A DNA stretch of 64,000 nt, taken from contig NC_086097.1 of NCBI RefSeq assembly GCF_963921235.1, forward strand, positions 253,892,001 through 253,956,000. The letters run 5' to 3'. The notes under the pieces are model-generated. The model searched no databases. It worked only from the letters and a program-made list of their open reading frames with translations, and had not been told where the DNA came from. The stretch is from Mobula hypostoma (lineage: Eukaryota). The position numbers were made by a program, and so were the translations under genes. Shown piece after piece: positions 51,280 through 61,244 of the stretch (position 1 is its first letter; each line of letters begins with the position of its first letter).

Positions 51280-51515
51280 AGCTGGAGCCCTGAAGGCAGT
51301 CCTACGCCGAGTTCAACGTTGACTGGCAATTCCTGCGACACTGCTGGTGCCAAACTGCACCGGTCTCTGCCGTTCCTTTGGATTAATCAGCTGTGTGGAG
51401 AGAGTGAGTTTGGTGCATGGGCAACAGCTTGCTCCCCGCATCGTACTGGCTTGCGTGTCGAATGTGGGCAGTTAGGATGCAATATTCATGGTTGACCCTA
51501 ACCAACAGAGGGCAC
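51280..51515 (+). mobile_element. Probable 3' part of another RTE-derived non-autonomous element
   Basis: GC-richer block resembling RTE-derived short elements as recalled, not verified. Ends CATGGTTGACCCTAACCAACAGAGG. Confidence 0.4.
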
Positions 51516-52104
51516 CTCAACCTTGTCTTAATTTGCAGTGAACTTTCTTCAGTCAGAGAATGCTGAATCTATGGAATTCATTGCCACAGGCATCTGTGGG
51601 CCTAATCTTTGTGAATATTTAAGACAGAGAGTGATAGAGTCTTGATTGGTCAGGGCATGAGGGGATACGGGAAGAAAGCAAAAGACTGAGGCTGACAAAA
51701 GAATTGGATCAGCCATGATGAAATGGCAGAGCAGACTCGATAATCAAATGGCCGAAATCTGCTCCTATATCTTAGGGACTTATAGTCTTATAAAGGTATA
51801 TATACAAACATATTCCAGCAATAATAATCACTGTTGAAATATAATCTGTGTTATGGCCGTTAACAATCATATCAAGAAACAACAAAGATATTCTTCATAA
51901 TATCAAGGGTCAACTTTATTCACCATAGACATTTACACGTGAGGAATTTGCTGTGGTGTGTTAGTCAGCAAAGGACATGAAACAAAATACAGCATTGAAC
52001 AATTACAATGAATAAAAATTATACAAACATAAAGTTAGAAGTACGGATATGGAATCAAATGTGTACACACAAAAACACAAACACACACACACGTATTTAA
52101 ATAG

Positions 52105-54247
52105 ATCATAAGATATTGGAGCAGAATTAGGCCATTTGGCCCATTGAGTTTGCTCTGCCATTTCATCATGGCTGAGCAAGTTTTTCTCTCAGCCCCAGTC
52201 TCCTGCCTTCTCCCCGTATCCCTTCATGCCCTGACCAATCAAGAATCTATCAACCTCTGCCTTACATATACTTAAAGAGTGACCTCCACAGTTGTCTGTG
52301 GCAAAGAATTCCACAGATTCATCACTCTCTGACTAAAGATTTTCCTCCTCATCTCCTTTCTAAAAGGATGCCCCACTATTCTGAGGCTGTGTCCTCTGGT
52401 CTTAGACTCTCCCACCATAGAAAACATCCTTTCCACATTTACTCTATTGAGGTCTTTCACCATTCAATGGGTTTCACTGAGGTCACCCCTCATTATTCTG
52501 AATAGATAGATAGATAGATAGATATACTTTATTGATCCTGAGGGAAATTGGGTTTCGTTACAGCCGCACCAACCAAGAATAGAGCATAAATATAGCAATA
52601 CAAAAACCACAAACAATCAAACAACAAAATGCAAACTATGTCAGATGGAAAATATGTCCAGGACCAGTCTATTGGCTCAGGGTGTCTGACCCTCCACGGG
52701 AGGAGCTGCACGTTCGATGCCCACAGGCAGAAACGACCTCCCGTGCCGCCAAGTGTTGTATCATGGTGGAATGTGGCCGAAGTCCAACAGTAAAATGTTC
52801 AATATCCAGTCTACAAACACGTTCCTCGATTGTAATATGACCCGGATTGCACCATCTGTTGTTAACCAGAACAGTAAGCACCCAACTCCTTTACACTTAC
52901 CGCTCTCAGTGCACTTCCGGTCAGCCCGAACGGTCTGGAAGCCGTCCATGGAGAAGTTTTGATCGGGTATGTCTTCGTGCAGCCCCGTTCCAGTGAAACA
53001 CATAACATTGCACTCCCGAAATGTTCTCTGACGCCTGGCTAGCGCCGTGAACTCGTCCATTTTATTACCCACCGAACTCCTCTTCTCCATAAGTCTCTGT
53101 TGTCTCGACCCGGTCCTCTTTCCTCGACTTTGTGATCATCCTCTGCATCCTCTGTGTGTTTTCCTCCAGATTTCAGCCGGGGTGTCCACCGTTCTGCTCG
53201 CTAAACCGGCCGGCATAAGCTCAATCAGCTGGTCCCTGGAATACACAATGCGACCATACTGCTGCCCCGCTACTGAGCCGTGTCGGAATGTAACTATTTC
53301 CAGCGCTAAAAACCCAAATAAAACTCTCTCCACCAGCATGTTAGAGAGGGTACAGCTTTGATGTGTTACCGTGAAAAAAAAACAAAAAATAACGTGTTAA
53401 AAAGTAAGAATACTGATCGAAACGGCTGTACCAGGCTGCTTGCACGACCGGCGCATGCGCAATTCTAGTGAATACAGGCCCAAAGCCATCAAATAATCTT
53501 CATTTGACAAGCCATTCAAACTCGAAATCATTTTCGTGTACCTGCTTTGAACCCTCTCCAGTTTCAGCACATCCTTTCTAAGATAAGGGCCTAAACCTGC
53601 TCACAATACTCCAAGTGAGACCTCACCAGTGCTTTATAAAGTCTCAAAATTACATCCTTGCTTTTGTATTTTTGTCCTCTTGAGATTGAATGCTAACATT
53701 ACATTTGCCTTCCTCACCACAGATTCAACCTGAAAATTATCCTTTAGGGAATTCTACACGAGGATTTTCAAGTCCCTTTGCACCTCAGTTATTTGTATTT
53801 TCTCTCCATTTAGAAAGTAGTCAACCCTTTCATTTCATCAATTAAAGTGTATGACCATACACATCCCAACACTATATGCCATCTGCCATTTCCTTGCCCA
53901 TTCACTGAATCTGTCTAACATTTTTTGTAACCCCTCTATTTCCTAAAAGTTACCTACCCCTCCACGTATTTTCATATTTTTGGCAAACCTTACAACGAAG
54001 CCATCAATTCCATCATCCAAATCATTGACATGTAATGTAAAATGAATCAGTCCTAACACAGACCCCTGTGGAAAACCAGTAGTCACTGGCAGCCAGTCAG
54101 AAAAGGATCCCTTTATTCCCACTCATTGCCTCCTGCCAATCAGCCACTGCTTTATCCATGCTAGAATCTTCCCTGTAATACCATGGGCTCATAGCTTGTT
54201 AATTAGTATCACGTGTGGCACCTTGTTAAGGATCTTCTGAAAATCCA
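52105..54247 (-). mobile_element. Decayed CR1 RT/3' end split by a Rex-derived element
   Basis: Host reads CATTATTCTG|AATTCTAGTGAATACAGG across the insert. Contains RRKIFSQRVMNLWNSLP. Confidence 0.85.
52504..53460 (-). mobile_element. Internally deleted (bipartite) Rex/Babar element, (TATC)n tail
   Basis: 5' UTR and EN N-terminus (NKMDEF...CFT...DGFQTVRADR...VNNRWC) are fused directly to the ORF end SSSRGGSDTLSQ* and a Rex 3' UTR. AAT is duplicated at the junctions. Confidence 0.85.
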
Positions 54248-55664
54248 GCGTCAACAGACACCAATAGTGCAATTGCATTCAGGCATTGCAGTAATTGTGA
54301 GCCTTAGCCACTAGGCAGTGACCTGGGAGGACTGATGAAAGTACCAAGATATTAATTGATTAACCTGTCATTTATGGGTATGCAAATATTCCAGAATGTC
54401 AGGAAAAATCTGCTCTGACAGGATGCTAAGTAAATGCATTTCCAATGCAGGATAACCCATTACTATAACCTGCAAAGCTGCATTTGCCTTCCACACAACC
54501 CTACCTCCATTATAAGCCATGCTTTCTGCTCAGTATGCACGTCAGACACTCCCTGTATATGTCAGACACTCAGTGTACACGTTACCTGCCTCTGCAGAAC
54601 CCTCTCACCATTGTCAGCTTTACTCTGGAAGAACACCAGCATGGGTTTTATGCTTTCTGTGGTTATTTAAAGCAGACACTGGAGTGTCGTCATTGTGTTT
54701 GTGGGGAATGATTTGCCTCTCGATGTCTCTCGGTCTTGCCCCTGCTGCTTTGTTGGCATTCCTATGTCTAACCTCACTTCCATCTCTTCATGAGGAGACT
54801 GGCAATCCTCGGCAGGGGTTCAGTCCTGTTGGCACACATTGATGCATCTCTGAGGAATTTGAAGATTCATACTGACTGGTCAACGGGGCTTCAATATAAA
54901 TGCAGGAGCAAATTGGATTCCATGTCTCATACCAATCTTTCTGTAGCACCTATTAAAAAAATCCCATAATTAATTTAATTAATCTTGGAACCAGAACTGA
55001 TGTACGTTTTCCTAAACAACTAAATTTCCATCCACTTTCTTCCTGTTTCCCCTCCTGAAGATAGTTATTGATTGGTTGGCATTTTCACAGTTCCAATGCT
55101 TATATTTGGTTCAAGATGTACCTGGAACAGCCACCTCACTATGAAAGATGGCCATGTTTAGCCTTCCAAGCACAGAGATTCTCACAGCATGGAGACAAAA
55201 CACAAAAAGCTGCCGTAGCAGTAAAGAAAGGGACACATTTTCTCTGCTCTGTTCGCCGTGAGGGTGCTGAGAATAGTAATGATGGTGGCTCTTTGGGCAG
55301 ACAGTGAAACACTGCCTTTGGCTGAGAGGCACACTAACCGACCAGCAGCAAGCATTTAGACCATCCGATGGCCATGTTATATAAAGGCTGAGAACTTGTT
55401 TCAATCCAGATGTATTGTTCAAATCACTAGTGGATCTCCGGCTGTGCGATTGAATGTAAGTTACAACGTACAATGCTCCATTATCTAATTACCACTTATT
55501 CAAGGCACTTCTGATGGCTAGCCAAAGAGCCGCCTTGGCACATGATCCATTGAATATGGGCCAGACAATTCTGTTACCAAGTTGAAGCTGCAGGTTCCCG
55601 CCCCCCCCACACACACAAAATGCTGGAGGAACTCAGCAGGTAAGACAGCATCTATGAATATCAA

Positions 55665-56471
55665 TACAGCAATACAGGGCTACGGTAGGAAACTTTGTCA
55701 CATGGTGTGAGCAGAATTATCTGCAGTTTAATGTGAAAAAGACTAAGGAGCTGGTGGTAGAGCTGAGGAGAGCTAAGGTACCGGTGACCCCTGTTTCCAT
55801 CCAAGGGGTCAGTGTGGACATGGTGGAGGATTACAAATACCTGGGGATACGAATTGACAATAAACTGGACTGGTCAAAGAACACTGAGGCTGTCTACAAG
55901 AAGGGTCAGAGCCATCGCTATTTCCTGAGGAGACTGAGGTCCTTTAACATCTGCCGGACGATGCTGAGGATGTTCTACGAGTCTCTGGTCGCTAGTGCTA
56001 TCATGTTTGCTGTTGTGTGCTGGGGCAGCAGGCTGAGGGTAGCAGATAGCAAAAAAATCAACAAACTCATTCGTAAGGCCAGTGATGTTGTGGGGATGGA
56101 ACTGGACTCTCTGATGGTGGTGTCTGAAAAGAGGATGCTGTCCAAGTTGCATGCCATCTTGGACAATGTCTCCCATCCACTACATAATGTACTGGCTGGG
56201 CACAGGAGTACATTCAGCCAGAGACTCATTCCACCGAGATGCAACACAGAGCGTCATAGGAAGTCATTCCTGCCTGTGGCCATCAAACTTTACAACTCCT
56301 CCCTTGGAGGATCAGACACCCTGAGCCGATAGGCTGGTCCTGGACTTATTTCATAATTTACATGTTACTATTTAACTATTTATGGTTTTATTACTATTTA
56401 TTATTTATGGTGCAAATGTAACGAAAACCAATTTCCCTCGGGATCAATAAAATATGATTATGATTATGACT
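55665..56471 (+). mobile_element. Young 5'-truncated Rex/Babar LINE inserted into a minus-strand PLE fragment (~55610-56580)
   Basis: 199-aa open frame near-identical to 25065-25667, with an (ATGATT/ATGACT) tail. PLE sequence flanks both sides, with a degenerate hammerhead at 56476-56510. Confidence 0.9.
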
Positions 56472-57158
56472 AACCAATTGACATTTTGGGCTGAGATCTT
56501 CATCAGGACTGGAAAGGGAGGGGGAAGATATCGAAATAAAAAGGTGAAGGAGAGGAAGGAATACAAGCTGATTATGGCGGAGGGAGAAGAGGTGCTTGAC
56601 AAAGTGGTTCCCCCAGACTATGTCAGATCTCATCAATGTGGGTGACGCCACATCAGTAGCACCATATACAGGAGACACCCCAACAGGTTCACAGCTGAAA
56701 TGTTGCCTCCCCTGAACAGACTGTTTGGGGCCACCTACAAAAGATGATTTTGTGCTCGGAGTTTTGTGCAGTCACAGAGCAGTGGGCAACCAGGGAGGGG
56801 AGGCAGGTGCAGTGGGTGACTGGGGGAGGGTCATCAAGGGAATTGGGATGGGGAGGGCTGGTACTGAGAGAAGCTAGAGGGTAGGACTGTGCAGAGGGGG
56901 TGGAGTGAGGGTATTGACGAAGAAGGATAGTGAAGAACTGTGTGAGAAGAACATAGAACATAAACGGTTCAGGCCCCTCAGCCCCAGTGTTGTGTTGATC
57001 TTAGAACCTACTCTCAGATCAATCTGACCTCACTGTGGAGCATGTTCGGAGAGGAGTGGTGTGAGAGGGTGTTGGGGGAGGGGAAGGGCAGAGGGATATG
57101 TGTTAAGGGAGGGGCTAAGGAAGTGTGTTTAGGAAGATGAAGCAGGAGTTGTTAGGTA

Positions 57159-57361
57159 AACACAAAATACTCTGCAGATGCTGGAGTCAAAGCAACACGC
57201 ACAACACGCTGGAGGAACTCAGCAGGTCAGGAAAAGATCGGTCGACGTTTCGGGCCGGAACCCTTCATCAGGACTTATTAGTGAACGTTTCGGGTTGGAA
57301 CCCTTCATCAGGACTTAGCAGTCAACGTTTCGGGCCGGAACATTGACTGATCGTTTCCACG
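57159..57361 (-). mobile_element. PLE-derived insert with tandem hammerhead motifs
   Basis: TSD GGAGTTGTTAGGTA / GGAGTTGTTCGGTA (57145-57158 and 57362-57375). 40-bp units at 57241, 57281 and 57321. Confidence 0.85.
57241..57341 (-). ncRNA. Tandem minimal hammerhead ribozymes (2 complete, 1 partial)
   Basis: Minus strand AGUC-CUGAUGA-AGGGUUCC(GG/AA)CCC-GAAA-CG-U(C/U). Confidence 0.72.
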
Positions 57362-57384
57362 GGAGTTGTTCGGTACCAGTCCAA

Positions 57385-57975
57385 TGAAAGGGTGCAGGGA
57401 AGAGGATAGGGAGGGGTGACAGGAGGGTGTAGAGGGCATGGGGAAGGGTGTGAGAGGGGTACAGAGGGGCATGGGGAGAGCTAAGAGAAGGTTCTAGGGA
57501 GGGGTGAGAGAGGGGTATATGGAGGGGTATTGAGGGGCGTGGGGAGAGGTGTCAGAAGGATTTAGGGAGGGGGTGAAAATGATATAAGGAGGGGTGTGAG
57601 GGGATAGATAGAGTGGTATAGGGAGAAATGAGGGCTATAGGGAGGGATGAGAGAGGGGTACAGGGAGGGGTGAGAGAAGGGCATAGGGAGGGGTATAGGG
57701 TGGGATAAGGGGAAAGGGTGAGATGTTGTTATGGGGAGGGATGAGAGGTGAAAAAGAGGTATAGGAAGGGCTGAGAGAGGTATAGTGAGGGGCGTAGGGA
57801 CGTGGGAATTTGGTATAGGAGTTGATGAGAGAGGGGTATTGGGAGTATAGGGAGAGTGGTATAGGGAGGAATGAGAGAGGGGTATGAGGAGGAGTGAGAG
57901 TGTGGTATGGGGAGGGGTGAGTGAGGGTTACAGGGCATGGTGAAGAAAGTGTATAGGGAAAGGTGAGAGAGAGCA
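57385..57975 (+). repeat. G/A-rich low-complexity tract
   Basis: Dense GGG/GGGG runs (GAGAGGGGTA, AGGGAGGGGTG) with almost no C. Confidence 0.85.
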
Positions 57976-59662
57976 TTCTGAAAGGAGTAGTGGTGGAGAT
58001 TGAGGAAGCATTAGCACTGATCTTTCAAAAATCATTGGACTCTGGTGGTATGGTGCCAGAGGACTGGAAAATTGCTAATGTCACTCCACTCTTTAAGAAA
58101 GGAGGAAGACAGCAGAAAGGAAATTATAGACCAGATAGCCTGATCTCAGCAGTTGGGAAGATGTTAGAGTCAATTGTTAAGGATGAGGTGATGGAGTACT
58201 TGATGACACAGGACAAGACAGTACAAGGTCAGCATGGTTTCCTTAAGAGAAAATCCTGCCTGAAGAACATGTTGGAATTCTTTGAGGAGATTACAAGCAG
58301 GATGGATGAAGGGGATGCAGTGGATGTTGTATATTTGGACTTTCAGAGGCCTTTGACAAGGTGCCACACGTGAGGCTGCTTACCAAGTTAAGAACCTGGA
58401 GTATTACAGGAAAGTTAATGGTATAGTTAGAGCATTGGCTGATTGGTAGGAGGCAAGATTGGTAGGATTGCTTCTTTCCATGCTGTATAACAATCATTTA
58501 GATGATGGAATAGATGGCTTTGTTGCCAAGTTTGCAGATGATATGAAGATTTGTGGAGGGGCAGGTAGTGTTGGGAAACAGATAGGGTGCAGAAGGACTT
58601 AGACATACTAGGAGAATGGTCAAGAAAGTGGCAAATGAATTACAATGCTGGAAAATACATAGTCATGCACTTTGAACATAGAACATAGAATAGTACAGCA
58701 CATTACAGGCCCTTTGGGGATGTATGGGGAGAAAATCCAAAAATCTGAGATGCAAAGGGACTTGGGAGTCCTTGTGCAAAACACCCTAAAGGTCAATTTG
58801 CCGTTAAAGTTGGTGGTGCGGAAGACAAATGGTTAGCATTCATTTCAAGAGAACTAGAATACAAGAGCAGGGATGTGATGCTGAGGCTTTATAAGGAATT
58901 GGTGAGGCCTCACCTTGAGTATTGTGAACGGTTCTGAGCTCCTCATCTAAGAAAAGATGTGCTGACATTGGAGAGGGTTCAGAGGTGGTTCACAAGGATG
59001 ATTCCGGGAATGAAAGGGTTATCATACGAGGAACGTTTGATGGCTTTGGGTCTGTACTTGTTAGAATTTAGAAGGATGAGGGAGGATCTCATTGAAACCT
59101 TTCAAATGTTGAAAGGCCTAGACAGAGTAGATGTGGAAAGGATGTTTTCCATGGTCGGACAGCCTAGGACAAGAGAGCACAGCCTCAGGATAGACGGGTG
59201 CCCTTCCAAAATAGAGATATGAGGAAATTTCTTTAGCCAAAGAGAGGTGAATTTGTGGAATTTGTTGCCACATGCATCTGTAGAGGCCAGGTCATTTAGG
59301 TTTGGGTTTGGGTATTTGATTCTCCACAATATTGCACATGGTAATTTAAACTGGATGTGGCAGTGTTTTTTTTAACGAGGTCGAGTGAGCTCGACATCAA
59401 CCCGGCACGGATGGAGAGCGCGCTCGGGAGTGGTCTGTCACTGGATCGAACTCGGGAACCTCCGTTCTCGAGCCCAGCACTGATCTCACTGCGCTTCCAG
59501 CCAGCTGTTGGGTGCATTTAAGGCAGAGATTGATAGGTTCTTAATTGGACATGGCATCAAAGGTTATGGGGCGAAGGAGATAGAAAAAAGGAATAGCCAT
59601 GATTGAATGGCGGAGCAGACTAGATGGGTTAAATGGCCTAATTCTGCTCCCTATGTCTTATG
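57976..59662 (+). mobile_element. Decayed CR1 RT/3' end with SINE insert
   Basis: [22 protein letters not shown] and LERVQRWFTRMIPG, followed by the 3' UTR. Confidence 0.87.
59296..59507 (-). mobile_element. tRNA-headed SINE with (CCCAAA)n tail
   Basis: B box GAGTTCGATCC. Body CCGTGCCGGGTTGA.TGTCGAG...CTCGACCTCGT is shared with 38909-39222. Confidence 0.78.
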
Positions 59663-60240
59663 TCAGCGTTGCGGGGGTTTGAGTTTTTAATGTAGGCAGC
59701 TGGCTGTCACCAGAGAACCCACAGAAAATGCACTTTTCTTTACAGAACTTTTCAAAATTGAGGACAGATGGAGTTTAGTTCATCACTATGGAATCTGCTA
59801 GGTTCCTTTAAGTAGATTTAAGGATTATATTTTTCCATTGCAGATTGCAATGCTGTGTATCAGCTCAAAGGAATGTTAAAGTGATTTGAAATGCAAATTT
59901 GAGGCTAGAGGGATGCCCATTTAAAACAGAGATGCAGAGTAATGTCTTTAGTCAGAGGGTGGTGAACTTGTGGAATTTGTTGCTGCAGGCAGCTGTGGAG
60001 GGAGTTTGCTAGGTGTATTTAAGGCAAAGCTTGATAGGTTTTTGATTGGACACGGCATTGAAGCTTACAAGGAGAAGGCCGGGGAGTGGAGGGGAGGAAA
60101 CATCAGCCATGATTGCATGGTGGGACAGGCTCGATGGGCCAAATGACCCAATTCTGCTCCTGTGTCTTATGCTCTTGTGGTGAAATATGCTCAGTTTAAC
60201 ACCGATGTCATGTTCAAATTAAATATATTAGAAATATGTA

Positions 60241-60904
60241 CAGTGTTTCTGGTTAATTTGGTATTTGGTTATATTGGGACAGTCATTTATTTGGGATAAT
60301 TCTTAAAGAACAAAATCTAATCAAGAAAATTGCCAGGATTCACTTCATTTATTTGGGACACCCTGTCACTTAATTGGGACAGGAGATTGTTGCCAAACAG
60401 TTTCTAACTAGCATCAGCCACTTGCACTCACGTGGCCACTAGACACTACTGTGTTCAGAGCGAACAGTTTTTACATAGCATCAGTTGAATGTGCTTGTGT
60501 TTATCTTATTCATTTGGGCTGATAGACACCAATTCAAAAAGGGGTCATTTTTTATAATCTTGTTCTTTATTCTGAATTAAAAAAATCTTAGACCCTTGCC
60601 AAGATGCCATGAAAAAAATTTGACACGGGCTGAAAAAATTACCCCACACGGCAATGTACAAATTAGAACACTACAGTACTATGAAACTATGTATTAGTTC
60701 CTCATATTTGTTTTATAGTACTGTGCTGTAGAACTAGTGGCAGTGTTCTAATTTGTTCTCTATTTCATTTATATAGGTAAATTGTTACTAAATTAAAACA
60801 GTAGTTTATCTTTTTTACACCTTTTTACCATGAAACTTCAGCTAATTGGGACAGTTGCTTAATTGGGCCAAAATGTACTGGTCCTGATGTGTCCCCACTA
60901 ACTG
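60241..60904. mobile_element. Tigger/pogo-like MITE
   Basis: TA|CAGT...ACTG|TA ends. Repeated subterminal TAATTGGGACA motifs near both ends, and GTGTCCC near the right end. Confidence 0.55.
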
Positions 60905-60951
60905 TATAATCGTTGTTATTGATTTTATTAAATGAGACAGTTGATACTTAC

Positions 60952-61210
60952 CTTCAGAGCGGATTCCATGGACAGTACAGTTTAAGGGTCCACAGTTCAG
61001 TACGTTACACGATGGCCCAGACCAAAAGCCGCTGCAGTAACAATCTCCAAGTACACAGTCTCCGTGTCCACTGCAGTCTGGGGTACACACTCAGTTTAAT
61101 GTACAGTACAGTCTGAGGGTACACACTCAGTTTAATGTACACTGCAGTCTGGGGGTATACACTCAGTTTAATGTACACTACAGTCTGAGGGTACACACTC
61201 AGGTTCATGT
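60952..61210 (-). pseudogene. NAGPA: Disrupted exon of an NAGPA-like (uncovering enzyme) EGF-like region
   Basis: HEPECVPSDCS...DCSGHGDCVLGDCYCSGFWSGPSCNVLNCGPLNCTVHGIRSE matches the NAGPA pattern as recalled (VHEPxCxPxDCxGHGxCVxGxCxCxGxFWxGPxCxxLxCGPxNCxxHG). Canonical donor AAG|GTAAGT at 60952/60951. The exon contains a stop-bearing 36-bp repeat and a 1-nt deletion. Confidence 0.8.
61070..61210. repeat. 36-bp tandem repeat, 4 copies, derived from the exon
   Basis: Units at 61070-61104, 61105-61140, 61141-61176 and 61177-61210. Confidence 0.92.
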
Positions 61211-61244
61211 CCCCATCTCCAAGTTAACGGTCTCTGTGCCACGA

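Noticed and set aside
57635..57976. Pro/Ser-rich 113-aa ORF
   Set aside because: It is a translation of the low-complexity G-rich tract.
61070..61210. 36-bp repeats (and the 31-32 bp and 40-bp arrays) as a CRISPR array
   Set aside because: The units are contiguous without unique spacers, there are no cas genes, and the context is a vertebrate genome.
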